Positions 1 to 10,393 of a stretch of DNA of 64,000 bases are shown here, in pieces. Position 1 is the first letter of the stretch; each line of letters starts with the position of its first letter. The stretch spans positions 83,413-147,412 of the forward strand of contig CAYQFS010000001.1 in assembly GCA_964416985.1 (NCBI GenBank). The letters run 5' to 3'. Both the position numbers and the translations under genes were made by a program. This stretch comes from an uncultured Candidatus Saccharibacteria bacterium. GTDB taxonomy: Bacteria > Patescibacteriota > Minisyncoccia > Phycocordibacterales > PALSA-1337. The notes beneath the pieces are model-generated. The model was given only the letters and a program-made list of their open reading frames with translations. It was not told the origin of the DNA and made no database searches.

Positions 1-20
1 TTACATTTAATAAAACAAGT

Positions 21-374
21 ATGCCTGAGCTCGTTTTAGAGATTTCATATCTGAAAAATAAAATCCTTATTCTTGGCGACGTTTCAAAAACGATTCAGAA
101 ATCTTTCATTCCGCTTCTCGATCGGGTAGATATTATTGAATACGCTCATAGTGCGGGAGATTCTCGAACGTCGGGAGATCTTTTCGTGCAGTTACATCCA
201 AAGTATGCAGTTATAAAAAAGCAGATTCGTGCACCTTCTACCCGAGTGGCCAAAAATCCTCCCAAAAAACCACCATTTAATATAGAAAAACAAGAAGGGG
301 TGGGGGCGATTAATTTAGAAACGGAGGGGACTGCCCACTTTATTATCGATGAAAAGGGAACTAAAAAACAATAA
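21..374 (+). CDS. hypothetical protein (may be the 3' part of a gene starting upstream of the window; no stop in frame between nt 3 and 20)
   Basis: Open frame of 117 aa from the first Met. No recognisable motif. Its C-terminal KK/PP-rich tail may reflect low-complexity sequence rather than real coding. Confidence 0.3.
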   Translation: MPELVLEISYLKNKILILGDVSKTIQKSFIPLLDRVDIIEYAHSAGDSRTSGDLFVQLHPKYAVIKKQIRAPSTRVAKNPPKKPPFNIEKQEGVGAINLETEGTAHFIIDEKGTKKQ

Positions 375-486
375 AAATGGGCCGGTAGTTCTTGCGAACT
401 CCGTGCCCTCCCACAAACAGTGTGGTGTTTTTGCACGATGTGTATTTTCGGGACAAATAAATTCTACACCCGCGACTTATTTTTGT

Positions 487-1107
487 CTACTCCACCCCCA
501 CAATCACTTTAAAAATAAAAGGAATGATTGGCTCGACGTATTTCCAGAGGACAAAAACGAGAATTAAAAAGAAAAAGATTGAATATTGTTCGAGCACTTG
601 TCGAACACGGATGAGACGTGGAGGAAGAAGGGAGAAAAGAATTTTGGAACCATCGAGGGGTGGAAGGGGAATGAGATTAAAAATGGCGAGAGCGATGTTG
701 ATGCTTACAACATATACAGCAATCATAATAAAAGAAGGAGGCAGAGAGGAGAGACCGATTCGGATGACAATTCCGAAGACAAGTGCGATTAAAATGTTTG
801 AGGCCGGCCCGGCGAGGGCGATCGCAAATTCTCCCCATCTTTTGTTCTTTACATTGTATGGATTCCATTCAACAGGTTTAGCCCAACCAAAAGGAAAGCC
901 TGCAAGAGAAGTAAGGACTGGCACAATAAAGGAGCCAAAAAGCTCGAGATGCTTCAAGGGATTCAGGGTAAGCCGACCCTGGAGTCGTGCCGTGGGATCA
1001 CCCAAGAGCTCAGCAACATAGCCATGGCAAAGCTCATGTACTACAACTGACATGATAAGAATGGCGAGGGAAATAATGAGGGTGAGAGTATCCATGTGGT
1101 TCGGCAC
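487..1107 (-). CDS. site-2 protease family (peptidase M50-like) zinc metalloprotease, membrane
   Basis: 206 aa with an HExxH motif (HELCHGYVA) inside an N-terminal TM helix, several further hydrophobic helices, and LTLNPLKHLE/LPPLDG motifs typical of small M50 proteases. Confidence 0.7.
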   Translation of the reverse strand: MPNHMDTLTLIISLAILIMSVVVHELCHGYVAELLGDPTARLQGRLTLNPLKHLELFGSFIVPVLTSLAGFPFGWAKPVEWNPYNVKNKRWGEFAIALAGPASNILIALVFGIVIRIGLSSLPPSFIMIAVYVVSINIALAIFNLIPLPPLDGSKILFSLLPPRLIRVRQVLEQYSIFFFLILVFVLWKYVEPIIPFIFKVIVGVE

Positions 1108-1159
1108 TTACTTGCCAAATTTCATACGTATGATAGCATGACTATCACTTACAAAACAT

Positions 1160-1402
1160 ATGGCAAAGGTCTGCGCAATTACAAAAAGAGGTTCAATGAT
1201 GGGGGGCGGTTACTCAAACCGTACTCGTGCTACCCAGTTCAACCCCACAGGAATGGTTCGAAAATACCCAAATCTTCAGAAAAAGAAGATCTATGTTCCT
1301 GAACTCAAGAAATCTTTTAACCTTACAATCTCGACTCGGGCTTTGAGGACTATCCAGAAGCATGGTGCGTTTGCAACACTCAAAAAAGCGGGGATTATAT
1401 AA
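1160..1402 (+). CDS. rpmB: 50S ribosomal protein L28
   Basis: 80 aa, MAKVCAITKRG... followed by a basic region, as in L28 N-termini. Confidence 0.8.
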   Translation: MAKVCAITKRGSMMGGGYSNRTRATQFNPTGMVRKYPNLQKKKIYVPELKKSFNLTISTRALRTIQKHGAFATLKKAGII

Positions 1403-1407
1403 GAAAA

Positions 1408-1430
1408 AACTGCTTGAGGCAGTTTTTTCT
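1408..1430 (+). terminator. rho-independent terminator after rpmB
   Basis: AACTGC-ttgag-GCAGTT hairpin followed by TTTTTTC. Confidence 0.55.
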
Positions 1431-1475
1431 TGACTATGTCTGTACTTAACTCTATTGTTATAGGGGAGGTAAAAC

Positions 1476-1874
1476 ATGAACTATATTGTTGATAGACTTG
1501 AGTATAATTTAATACAATTTTGTCCTGCCGAAGCTTTATCGAACGAAACTTCGTTCCGAACGGCCGCAATTTGTGCAAGAAATGAGGAGTATTTTTGGTT
1601 TTTGCAGGATCAAAAACTTCGGAAAGATCTTCCTGAAATAGTCCAAGCGACTCTCTCAGGTTCTGAACTACCTAACTCGGAACTGGTCTGCTATCATCCG
1701 GACGATAAACTAATTCTCATCGTTCGTTCGACAGATTCTCACTTGTACACTGCTCAGCTCGGTTTTCGTTGTTTCCTTGTAAGTTTCAGAAAAAAGAAGG
1801 GTAATATAACAATACGTTTTCCACAAACTGGGAAAACGGTAGATGGAAGATCTGCAGGACTCAATACTGAATAA
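1476..1874 (+). CDS. hypothetical protein
   Basis: 132-aa ORF preceded by a GGGGAGGT RBS. No recognisable domain. It sits between rpmB and rpsL. Confidence 0.4.
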   Translation: MNYIVDRLEYNLIQFCPAEALSNETSFRTAAICARNEEYFWFLQDQKLRKDLPEIVQATLSGSELPNSELVCYHPDDKLILIVRSTDSHLYTAQLGFRCFLVSFRKKKGNITIRFPQTGKTVDGRSAGLNTE

Positions 1875-2032
1875 TTCAAAGGCGCTACCTCACTTTAGTT
1901 TGGGAGAGCGCCCTTTTCTTGCCTTTTTTGGCTGGTATGGTAAAGTACTGCAACGACCAAAATCGCGTAGAAGGATGAGTAACCACTCGGTGAAAAAATC
2001 AGCTTTCTACTTATTAAATAAATAATTAACGA

Positions 2033-2449
2033 ATGCCCACACTTAACCAGCTTGTGCGAAAGAATCGCAAGCGCTTTGTCCGAAAATCAAAATCGGTCGC
2101 GCTTACAAAGACATTTAATACAATTAAAAACCGTCCAAGTTTCCTCGCATCTCCATTTAAAAGAGGAGTATGCATTAAGGTCACAACAAAGACCCCAAAG
2201 AAGCCTAACTCAGCTATCCGAAAGATTGCCCGAGTTCGACTTTCAAATGGAATGGAAGTAACAGCCTATATTCCAGGAGAAGGACACTCACTTCAGGAAC
2301 ACTCAGTTGTTCTCCTTCGAGGTGGTCGTGTAAAGGACGTAGGACTCCGATATACAGTTGTACGAGGAGTGCTCGATGCAGCAGGAGTAGAGAAGAGACG
2401 AAAGGGTCGAAGCCAGTACGGAAACAAGAGACCAAAAGCTGCAAAATAA
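2033..2449 (+). CDS. rpsL: 30S ribosomal protein S12
   Basis: [13 protein letters not shown]...; conserved S12 core ([20 protein letters not shown]). Confidence 0.95.
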   Translation: MPTLNQLVRKNRKRFVRKSKSVALTKTFNTIKNRPSFLASPFKRGVCIKVTTKTPKKPNSAIRKIARVRLSNGMEVTAYIPGEGHSLQEHSVVLLRGGRVKDVGLRYTVVRGVLDAAGVEKRRKGRSQYGNKRPKAAK

Positions 2450-2473
2450 TTTTTCTAATCTAACCACACTACA

Positions 2474-2941
2474 ATGCGAAGAAAAATAAAGAATAAATAT
2501 CCCCTTAAGCCAGAATCAACCTACGAATCTCTCAAGGTTGCAAAGCTTATCAACTATATAATGGACTCAGGAAAGAAAAACGCCGCACGAAAGATCGTGT
2601 ACGATTGTTTTGATCTTCTTAAGGAAAAGACAAAGTCAGAACCGCTCGAAGTTTTTGAGCTTGCTTTGAAGAACACAACTCCAGCTATGGAAGTTCGATC
2701 ACGACGAGTCGGAGGAGCAAACTACCAGGTTCCACGAGAAGTTCGTCCAGAACGACAGCGAGCACTCTCTATGAAATGGATTGTTGAGGCAGCACGAGGA
2801 AAAAAGGGAAAGCCAATGCATGAAAAGCTTGCAGAAGAAATCATTGCAGCATCAAAGAACGAAGGGGAAGCGGTCAAGAAGCGAGAAAATACTCACAAGA
2901 TGGCAGAAGCAAACAAGGCCTTCGCTCACTTTGCGTGGTAA
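2474..2941 (+). CDS. rpsG: 30S ribosomal protein S7
   Basis: 155 aa, S7-like sequence, in the canonical str-operon position after rpsL. Confidence 0.9.
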   Translation: MRRKIKNKYPLKPESTYESLKVAKLINYIMDSGKKNAARKIVYDCFDLLKEKTKSEPLEVFELALKNTTPAMEVRSRRVGGANYQVPREVRPERQRALSMKWIVEAARGKKGKPMHEKLAEEIIAASKNEGEAVKKRENTHKMAEANKAFAHFAW

Positions 2942-2995
2942 TACAGAGTTACTATTTATTAGTTCATTTAATTTTCTTATTAATTAATTCAATTT

Positions 2996-5161
2996 ATGCA
3001 ACGCGATTATCCACTCGAAAAAGTTCGTAACTTCGGTATTATTGCCCACATCGACGCAGGAAAAACCACCACTTCAGAGCGAATCCTCTATTACACCGGT
3101 GAAATTCACAAAATTGGTGAAGTGCATGACGGTGAGACAACAACAGACTGGATGGAGCAGGAACGAGAGCGAGGTATTACCATTACCGCAGCGGCTATTA
3201 CCTGCTTTTGGAATCCTACATACATGCGAGGAATTGTAGGTGCTGATGGAAAGCCAGATATGACCAAGAAACATCGTTTCAATATTATTGATACGCCTGG
3301 TCACATCGACTTTACTGTAGAGGTAAAGCGATCTCTTCGTGTTCTCGACGGTGCGGTTGTGGTATTTGACGGGGTTGCTGGAGTAGAGCCTCAGTCAGAG
3401 ACAAACTGGAGATATGCCGACGAAGGAAATGTGCCTCGACTCTGTTTCATCAATAAAATGGATCGAACAGGAGCTTCTTTTGAAAAATCTTTCGCTTCAA
3501 TTCTCGAGCGACTCAATAAAAATGCAATTCGATTCCAGCTTCCGGTTGGTCTCGAGAGTGAGCACGAGGGGGTTGTTGATCTTTTGAAAATGAAAGCGTA
3601 CTACTTTGACGGAGAGAAGGGGATCAATGTCATTGAAAAGGAAATTCCCGAAAGCATGCTTGCTGATGCAAAAAAATACCGAGCAGAACTCATCGAAAAA
3701 GTCTCAGAGCATGATGATGCCGCAATGCACGCATACCTTGAGGGTAAGGAACTCTCGATTGACGAACTTAAAAAAGTCATACGAAAGGCAGTTATTGCAA
3801 ACAAGATTTTCCCAGTGTTTACAGGATCTGCTTTGAAGAACGTGGGAGTGCAGCTCGTTCTCGATGCTGTCGTCGACTATCTTCCATCTCCTCTCGACAT
3901 TCCTCCTGTCAAAGCAACTGACGTCAATACTGGCGAGACAGTCCTTCGACATGCTTCAGACGAAGAGCCTTTTACCGCTCTTGCCTTTAAACTCCAGAAC
4001 GATCCATTCGTAGGACAACTTACATTCTTTAGGGTGTATTCTGGAACTATTGAATCAGGAACATATATTTATAACGCAACAACAGGAAAGAAAGAGCGAC
4101 TTGGACGTATTGTACGACTTCAGGCAAATGATCGAGAAGAGGTGAAGAAGGTATTTGCAGGAGAAATTGCCGCAGCTGTGGGTATCAAGGACGCACTTAC
4201 ATCTCACACATTCTCTGATGAGAACCACCCAGTTCTTCTCGAAACTATAAAGTTTCTCGATCCTGTGGTTTCTCTCCGAATTGAACCAAAAACAAAAGCT
4301 GATCAGGAAAAAATGGGAATGGCTCTTCGAAAGCTTGCAAATGAGGACCCAACATTCAAGATTTCTTCAAACTCTGAAACAGGAGAAACACTCATTGCTG
4401 GTATGGGAGAACTTCATCTCGAAATTATGATTGATCGAATGAAACGAGAATTTGGTGTCGAAGCAAATGTTGGAAAGCCTCAGGTAGCGTATCGAGAAAC
4501 TATTCTTGGAACTGCAGAAGCGGAGCACAAGTATATCAAGCAGTCGGGAGGTAAGGGACAGTACGGTCACGTAAAGATTACTTTGAAGCCTCTTCCACCC
4601 CTTGTTCCTGGAGAAAAGATCCCAAAGAACGTTAGTCGATATGATGACTTTGAATTTATTAACTCGATCAAGGGAGGAGTTATTCCTCAGGAATTCATCC
4701 CTGCTGTTGAGAAGGGGGTTCATGAAGCGATGGATCGAGGTATTGTCGCTGGATTCCGTATGGTAAATGTTTCCTGTGAACTTACCTTTGGTTCTTACCA
4801 CGATGTCGACTCATCCGAAATTGCCTACAAAATCGCAGCGTCTCAGGCATTCCAGGAAGGAGCAAAGAGAGCAAAGCCGGTTATTCTCGAACCTATCATG
4901 AAGCTTGAAGTTCTTTTCCCTGATAAATTCATGGGAGACGTAACAGGAAGCATCTCATCAAAGCGAGGAACGATTGAGGAAATGACGGAGCGAGGCCAGG
5001 CAAAGGTTCTCCACGCCAAAGTTCCTCTTTCAGAAATGTTCGGTTATACAACCCAGCTCAGATCGATGACATCAGGACAGGGAAGTGCGACAATGGAATT
5101 CGATCACTACGAAGTGGTACCACCGAATGTCGAGAAGACGATAGTGGAGGCGAGGAAATAA
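2996..5161 (+). CDS. fusA: elongation factor G
   Basis: 721 aa with G1 motif AHIDAGKTTT, DTPGHIDF and NKMD motifs, and the EF-G domain IV/V region. Confidence 0.97.
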   Translation: MQRDYPLEKVRNFGIIAHIDAGKTTTSERILYYTGEIHKIGEVHDGETTTDWMEQERERGITITAAAITCFWNPTYMRGIVGADGKPDMTKKHRFNIIDTPGHIDFTVEVKRSLRVLDGAVVVFDGVAGVEPQSETNWRYADEGNVPRLCFINKMDRTGASFEKSFASILERLNKNAIRFQLPVGLESEHEGVVDLLKMKAYYFDGEKGINVIEKEIPESMLADAKKYRAELIEKVSEHDDAAMHAYLEGKELSIDELKKVIRKAVIANKIFPVFTGSALKNVGVQLVLDAVVDYLPSPLDIPPVKATDVNTGETVLRHASDEEPFTALAFKLQNDPFVGQLTFFRVYSGTIESGTYIYNATTGKKERLGRIVRLQANDREEVKKVFAGEIAAAVGIKDALTSHTFSDENHPVLLETIKFLDPVVSLRIEPKTKADQEKMGMALRKLANEDPTFKISSNSETGETLIAGMGELHLEIMIDRMKREFGVEANVGKPQVAYRETILGTAEAEHKYIKQSGGKGQYGHVKITLKPLPPLVPGEKIPKNVSRYDDFEFINSIKGGVIPQEFIPAVEKGVHEAMDRGIVAGFRMVNVSCELTFGSYHDVDSSEIAYKIAASQAFQEGAKRAKPVILEPIMKLEVLFPDKFMGDVTGSISSKRGTIEEMTERGQAKVLHAKVPLSEMFGYTTQLRSMTSGQGSATMEFDHYEVVPPNVEKTIVEARK

Positions 5162-5175
5162 TATGTACTAAGAAA

Positions 5176-5208
5176 GCCGCTCCGAAAGGGGCAGTTTTCT
5201 TTTGTTTG
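5176..5208 (+). terminator. putative rho-independent terminator after fusA
   Basis: CGCTCC-GAAA-GGGGCAG hairpin followed by a T-rich run (TTTTCTTTTGTTTG). Confidence 0.4.
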
Positions 5209-5216
5209 AGAAAAAT

Positions 5217-5245
5217 TTGACTTAAAACTGACCCTCTGCTAGTAT
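5217..5245 (+). promoter_or_regulatory. sigma70-like promoter upstream of tuf (TTGACT - 17 nt - TGcTAGTAT extended -10)
   Basis: TTGACT at 5217-5222, 17-nt spacer, TG-C-TAGTAT at 5237-5245. The same architecture recurs at 9616. Confidence 0.5.
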
Positions 5246-5369
5246 AGCCATTACGCAGTTTTCTTGCGTTGGTGTGTTTATTTAACAGCATTTATTTAAT
5301 TTATCTTTAGTTCTCTTAGGCATGGACTCTTCACGCCCATACCAAAGGGAGGTAAAGCGCTAAAAACAT

Positions 5370-6557
5370 ATGGCAGCAGAATTTAATCGTACGAAGCCGC
5401 ACGTTAACGTTGGTACTATTGGCCACGTCGACCACGGAAAGACAACACTTACTACATCTATCCTCGCAGTCCAGGCAAAGGATGGTCTTGCTCAGCTCAA
5501 GGCCTATGCCGACATTGCAAAGGGAGGAACAGTTCGAGACGCAACAAAGGTGGTTACCATCTCTCTTGCACACGTAGAATACGAGTCAGATGCTCGACAC
5601 TACGCTCACATCGACGCCCCAGGTCACGCCGACTACATCAAGAACATGATTACTGGTGCCGCTCAAATGGACGGTGCTATTCTCGTTGTATCAGCAACTG
5701 ATGGAGTTATGCCACAGACACGAGAACACATTCTTCTTGCAAAGCAGGTTGGAGTTCCTCGCGTTGTAGTTTTCCTTAACAAGTGCGATATGGTCCCTGA
5801 AAAGGATCTTCTCGACCTCGTTGAAGAGGAAGTTCGAGACCTTCTTACAAAGAACGGATTCGACGGAAAAGCAGCTCCAGTTATCCGAGGTTCAGCTTTG
5901 AAGGCTCTCGAAGGGGATCCTGCATACGTAGCAAAGATCAAGGAACTTATGACAGCTCTCGATACATTTATTCCTACACCAGTGCGTGAAGTTGATAAGC
6001 CTTTCCTTATGCCGATCGAGGACATTTTCTCAATCGAAGGACGAGGAACGGTGGTAACAGGACGCATTGAGCGAGGTATGATCAAGGTTGGAGAAGAAGT
6101 TGAAATTCTTGGATTCAAGGATACTTCAAAGACAACTATTACTGGTATCGAAATGTTCAACAAGTCACTCAAAGAGGGAATGGCCGGAGACAATGCAGGT
6201 CTTCTTCTCCGAGGTACTGGAAAGGACGATGTTACTCGAGGTATGGTTCTTGCAAAGACTGGCTCAGTAAAGCCACACACAGAGTTCGAGTCTGAAGTGT
6301 ACATTCTCAAGAAAGAAGAGGGAGGACGACACACACCATTCTTCACAGGATACAAGCCTCAGTTCTATATCCGAACAACAGACGTTACAGGAGAAGTTAC
6401 TCTTGCAGCAGGTGTTGAGATGGTTATGCCAGGAGACACAGTTACTTTCAAGGTTAAGCTTGTAGCTCCAGTTGCTCTTGAAGACAAGATGCGATTCGCT
6501 ATCCGAGAAGGAGGAAAGACTGTCGGTGCAGGAGTTGTAACAAAGATCACAGCTTAA
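5370..6557 (+). CDS. tuf: elongation factor Tu
   Basis: 395 aa with [19 protein letters not shown] and NKCD motifs. GGGAGG RBS upstream. Confidence 0.98.
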   Translation: MAAEFNRTKPHVNVGTIGHVDHGKTTLTTSILAVQAKDGLAQLKAYADIAKGGTVRDATKVVTISLAHVEYESDARHYAHIDAPGHADYIKNMITGAAQMDGAILVVSATDGVMPQTREHILLAKQVGVPRVVVFLNKCDMVPEKDLLDLVEEEVRDLLTKNGFDGKAAPVIRGSALKALEGDPAYVAKIKELMTALDTFIPTPVREVDKPFLMPIEDIFSIEGRGTVVTGRIERGMIKVGEEVEILGFKDTSKTTITGIEMFNKSLKEGMAGDNAGLLLRGTGKDDVTRGMVLAKTGSVKPHTEFESEVYILKKEEGGRHTPFFTGYKPQFYIRTTDVTGEVTLAAGVEMVMPGDTVTFKVKLVAPVALEDKMRFAIREGGKTVGAGVVTKITA

Positions 6558-6567
6558 TCTCATTATT

Positions 6568-6948
6568 ATGGCAACTGCTTCAAAAGAAACAATCAAGAAA
6601 GTTCCAAAGGCACGAGTTGCCAAGGTAGCAAAGGACGCTAATGAGCCTCGACTTCGAATTCGAGTACGAGCGTATGAGCACAAGATTCTCGATGCTTCTT
6701 TGAAGCAAATCATGGATACTGCAATCCGATATGATGTGCAGTTCTATGGTCCTATTCCTCTCCCTACAGAAATTAAAAAGTATACAGTAAACCGCTCTTC
6801 ATTTGTATTTAAGAATGCACGAGAACAGTTTGAGATGAGAGTTCACAAGCGACTCATTGACATTCTTAACCCAAACCAGAAGATTATCGAAGCGCTTACC
6901 AACCTCTCTCTTCCATCTGGTGTGAACATCGATGTGAAGATGATGTAA
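6568..6948 (+). CDS. rpsJ: 30S ribosomal protein S10 (with ~22-aa K/A-rich N-terminal extension)
   Basis: The RIRVRAYEHKILD core matches S10. No internal alternative start before the core, so the extension appears genuine. Confidence 0.9.
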   Translation: MATASKETIKKVPKARVAKVAKDANEPRLRIRVRAYEHKILDASLKQIMDTAIRYDVQFYGPIPLPTEIKKYTVNRSSFVFKNAREQFEMRVHKRLIDILNPNQKIIEALTNLSLPSGVNIDVKMM

Positions 6949-6984
6949 TAGCACTGCACGACCGAAATAACCGTACGAAAATTT

Positions 6985-7590
6985 ATGAAATTTATTCTTG
7001 GACGAAAATTGCATATGACTCAGATCTTCGACAAAGAAGGCGTGGTTCGTCCTGCCACTCTTGTTGAAGCTTCTCCGGTGGTCGTTACTCAAGTAAAGAC
7101 TGCAAAGACTGACGGCTACAACGCTCTTCAAATTGCTTCTGGTACAAAGAAAGCGGCAAATATAACAAAGGCACTCAAGGGTCATTTCAAGGATCTTGGG
7201 GCTTTTGCTGATCTCCGCGAATTCAGAATGGATGAAGTTACTCACAAAGTGGGAGACAAAATTGAACTCACTCAGTTCCAGGAAGGAGATACTATCGAAG
7301 TGAGTGCTCTTTCAAAAGGAAAGGGATTTCAAGGAGTTGTTAAGCGCCATGGTTTCGGAGGAGGTCCTCGAACTCACGGTCAGAAGCACTCTGAGCGAGA
7401 ACCAGGTTCTATCGGAGGAGGTCTTCGAAACAAAGTTCCAAAGAAAATGCGAATGGCAGGAAGAATGGGAGGCGACCGCATCACTGTAAAGAATCTTAAG
7501 GTTCTTCACATCGATGGGGCTACAAACACTCTCTATATTTCCGGAGCTATTCCAGGTCGCCGAGGTACTCTTGTCGAAATAATCGGTTAA
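6985..7590 (+). CDS. rplC: 50S ribosomal protein L3
   Basis: 201 aa with an L3-like MTQIFDKEG... segment and a Gly-rich basic loop. Confidence 0.9.
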   Translation: MKFILGRKLHMTQIFDKEGVVRPATLVEASPVVVTQVKTAKTDGYNALQIASGTKKAANITKALKGHFKDLGAFADLREFRMDEVTHKVGDKIELTQFQEGDTIEVSALSKGKGFQGVVKRHGFGGGPRTHGQKHSEREPGSIGGGLRNKVPKKMRMAGRMGGDRITVKNLKVLHIDGATNTLYISGAIPGRRGTLVEIIG

Positions 7591-7600
7591 TAACACACAT

Positions 7601-8254
7601 ATGGAAACTACTGTATACAATCAGAAAGGACAAGAGACAGGAAAGTTCACACTTCCCGAATCAGTTTTTGGACTTGCATGGAATGCCGACCTCGTTCACC
7701 AGGTTACTGTTTCAATGACCTCAACTATGCGAGATTCTATCGCTAACACAAAGACCCGAGGAGAGGTAAGTGGAGGAGGAAAGAAACCTTGGCAGCAGAA
7801 GGGAACCGGACGAGCTCGACACGGATCTACCCGATCTCCTATCTGGGTTGGTGGAGGAGTTGCTCATGGACCACGAAGTGAGAAGAATTATGATCGAAAG
7901 GTCAACAAAAAGGCAAAGGTAAAGGCTCTCTTTACCATCCTTTCCCGAAAATTCCGAGATGGAGAAATTCTCCTCGTTGACTCACTTTCATTTGGTGCTC
8001 CAAAGGCAAAAGATGCAAAAACAGCTCTCATTTCTCTTGCAAAGGTAAAGGGATTTGAAAAGCTCGGAACAAAGCCAAAGAATGCGGCTATCATTGCAAT
8101 CGACAAGAAATATCCTGAACTCACAAAGAGCTTCAAGAACTTTGGAAATGTCGCGGTCGAAGAACTTCGAAACATCAACCCTGTTTCAGCCCTTAATCAC
8201 AAATACATAGTGATCGCTAATCCAAAGGAGTCGCTTAAGATTTTTACTAAATAA
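7601..8254 (+). CDS. rplD: 50S ribosomal protein L4
   Basis: 217 aa with an L4-like WQQKGTGRARHGS loop, in the conserved position. Confidence 0.9.
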   Translation: METTVYNQKGQETGKFTLPESVFGLAWNADLVHQVTVSMTSTMRDSIANTKTRGEVSGGGKKPWQQKGTGRARHGSTRSPIWVGGGVAHGPRSEKNYDRKVNKKAKVKALFTILSRKFRDGEILLVDSLSFGAPKAKDAKTALISLAKVKGFEKLGTKPKNAAIIAIDKKYPELTKSFKNFGNVAVEELRNINPVSALNHKYIVIANPKESLKIFTK

Positions 8255-8262
8255 TAACTACC

Positions 8263-8655
8263 ATGGCACTCTTCGGACTAAAAAAGAATACAGAAAAGAA
8301 AGTAAAAGCTCCTGTTAAGGCTGCAAAAACAGCAAAGGCTGAAAAAGTCGTCGCAGTTCGAGAATCTGCAGCTCCTACATTTACTCGGGACATCATTCTC
8401 CGACCTCGAATCACTGAGAAGTCAGGACTCATGAATGAATCTTTGAATGTCTACACATTTGAAGTCGTAAAACTTGCAACAAAGGACTCAGTAGCAAAGG
8501 CAATCAAGGCTGCTTACAAGGTCACTCCAGAAAAAGTCCGAATCATTAATCTTCCTATGAAGAGTGTTATGGTAAGGGGACGAAAGGGAACGCATTCAGC
8601 TGTAAAAAAGGCTCTCGTGTTCCTTAAGAAAGGAGACAAGATCGAATTCGCATAA
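8263..8655 (+). CDS. rplW: 50S ribosomal protein L23 (K/A-rich N-terminal extension)
   Basis: 130 aa. The core (ILRPRITEKS... FEV) matches L23, with N-terminal KKVKAPVKAAKTAKAEK repeats. Confidence 0.85.
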   Translation: MALFGLKKNTEKKVKAPVKAAKTAKAEKVVAVRESAAPTFTRDIILRPRITEKSGLMNESLNVYTFEVVKLATKDSVAKAIKAAYKVTPEKVRIINLPMKSVMVRGRKGTHSAVKKALVFLKKGDKIEFA

Positions 8656-8672
8656 GTATTTATATTATTATC

Positions 8673-9527
8673 ATGAAAAAATACGCACCAACAACCCCAT
8701 CACGACGCCACCTTACTACGCTTCCATACGGTAAGTATGTTACTACCCAGGATCCGTACAAGCCTCTCACAAAGGGAATGAAGCGTGACATGGGACGAAA
8801 TGCGTCTGGACGAATCACTGTTCGTCACAAGGGGGGAGGAAACAGCAAGCTCTACCGAATGATCGACTTTTCATACGACAAAAAGAACATGTTTGCGACA
8901 ATCAAGACTGTCGAATATGATCCATACCGAACAGGGTACATCGCTCTTGTTCAGTACGAAGACGGAGAACGACGGTACATTCTCATTCCAAAGACGATGA
9001 AGGTTGGAGACAAATTCATTGTTTCTGAAACAGCTCTCGTTGAAGTCGGAAACAGACTTCCTCTCAAGCGAATTCCTGTGGGTACTTTTGTTTTTAATAT
9101 CGAAGTACGACCAGGAGGGGGATCAAAGATGGTTCGGTCAGCGGGATCATTTGCTCAGGTCATCGCAAACGATGCTCCGTACACTCACCTCAAACTTCCT
9201 TCAACTGAAATCCGAAAAGTTCATGACAATGCATGGGCAACTATTGGTACAGTTTCAAACGAGGAATCTCGCCTCGTAAATATTGGAAAGGCAGGACGTT
9301 CACGATGGATGGGTATCCGCCCAACCGTCCGAGGTTCCGCTCAGAACCCTGTAGACCATCCTTACGGAGGAGGAGAACAGCGAACCGGTCGAGGTTTGCG
9401 CCGACTCAAGACCCGATGGGGTAAGCCGGCTGGAAAGGGTCAGAAGACTCGAACACCGAAGAAGTACTCAAACGTGTTCATTGTCTCTCGACGCCGAGTG
9501 GGCAAGAATAAGTCAGTAGAGCAATAA
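8673..9527 (+). CDS. rplB: 50S ribosomal protein L2
   Basis: 284 aa, GGGxxxKxYR and L2-like C-terminal motifs (...HPYGGGEQRT). Confidence 0.95.
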   Translation: MKKYAPTTPSRRHLTTLPYGKYVTTQDPYKPLTKGMKRDMGRNASGRITVRHKGGGNSKLYRMIDFSYDKKNMFATIKTVEYDPYRTGYIALVQYEDGERRYILIPKTMKVGDKFIVSETALVEVGNRLPLKRIPVGTFVFNIEVRPGGGSKMVRSAGSFAQVIANDAPYTHLKLPSTEIRKVHDNAWATIGTVSNEESRLVNIGKAGRSRWMGIRPTVRGSAQNPVDHPYGGGEQRTGRGLRRLKTRWGKPAGKGQKTRTPKKYSNVFIVSRRRVGKNKSVEQ

Positions 9528-9615
9528 TCACCAATGTTTGAACGTCACCTTAAAAAATTAATCAAGAAGATCAACTGGCTCCTCGAGCGATTCTTTGATT
9601 ATATCAGCCCATAAG

Positions 9616-9643
9616 TTGACTTTAAGCCACGGTTTGCTAGTAT
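9616..9643 (+). promoter_or_regulatory. internal sigma70-like promoter in the unusual 142-nt rplB-rpsS gap (TTGACT - 16 nt - TGcTAGTAT)
   Basis: TTGACT at 9616-9621, TAGTAT at 9638-9643 preceded by TGC. Near-identical to the tuf promoter. Confidence 0.45.
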
Positions 9644-9669
9644 TTGGAAGCTTTATTACATAAAAACAC

Positions 9670-10017
9670 ATGTCAAGATCCCTCAAAAAAGGACCATACG
9701 TCGAAGAACGACTTCTCGCGAAGATCGCCGGAAAGAAACCCATAGAAACTGGGGTTATTAAGACATGGTACCGACGAAGCCAGATTGCCCCTGAAATGGT
9801 AGGGTTCAATTTTGGCGTCTACAATGGGAAGCAGCATATTGAGGTTCTTGTCACCGAGGAAATGGTTGGTCACCGCCTCGGTGAGTTCTCGCCTACACGA
9901 AAATTCATCCGACACGGAGGAAAGATGCAGAAGGAGATTGAGATGAAGGCAAAGGAGGCTGAAGTTAATGCTGCAAAGTCAGCAAAGGAGGCAGCGGCTG
10001 CTCCAGCAAAAAAATAA
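9670..10017 (+). CDS. rpsS: 30S ribosomal protein S19 (K/A-rich C-terminal tail)
   Basis: [11 protein letters not shown]... matches S19. Extra C-terminal [19 protein letters not shown]. Confidence 0.93.
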   Translation: MSRSLKKGPYVEERLLAKIAGKKPIETGVIKTWYRRSQIAPEMVGFNFGVYNGKQHIEVLVTEEMVGHRLGEFSPTRKFIRHGGKMQKEIEMKAKEAEVNAAKSAKEAAAAPAKK

Positions 10018-10026
10018 TAATTTTTT

Positions 10027-10389
10027 ATGATACAAGCTTCACTCAAAAATTTTAGACAGTCACCTCGAAAGGTTCGCGGAGTCGCAAATCTTATTCGAGG
10101 CAAGTCAGCTGTCAACGCTTTGAATACTCTCAACTTTTTGAGCAAGAAAGCTGCAGATCCTCTCTTTGGACTTCTTACCTCTGCTCTTGCAAGTGCAAAG
10201 AACAACAACAATCTCGAGAAGGAAGCTCTCGTGGTAAAGGAAATTCGAGTTGATTCAGGATATATTTTGAAGCGCAGAATGCCACGAGCTCGAGGTACAG
10301 CATATCCAATTAACAAGCGGACAAGCCACGTCCTTCTTGTTCTTGCTCCTGCTCCTGAAAAGAAAGCTAAGAAAGTAAAAACAAAATAA
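10027..10389 (+). CDS. rplV: 50S ribosomal protein L22
   Basis: 120 aa, L22-like (SPRKVR, GKSA), in the conserved position. Confidence 0.9.
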   Translation: MIQASLKNFRQSPRKVRGVANLIRGKSAVNALNTLNFLSKKAADPLFGLLTSALASAKNNNNLEKEALVVKEIRVDSGYILKRRMPRARGTAYPINKRTSHVLLVLAPAPEKKAKKVKTK

Positions 10390-10393
10390 TTTT

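Noticed and set aside
524-1021. 165-aa + strand ORF overlapping the M50 protease gene
   Set aside because: It is antisense to a well-supported membrane protease ORF. Its translation is an R/G/K-rich low-complexity string.
3074-6713. Many 60-230-aa ORFs antisense to or out of frame within fusA and tuf (for example 3074-3304 -, 3601-3804 -, 4367-4801 -, 5663-6355 -, 6264-6713 -)
   Set aside because: They are fully embedded in highly conserved EF-G/EF-Tu coding sequence. Their translations are low-complexity (S/R/C-rich) and have no start-site context. They are shadow ORFs.
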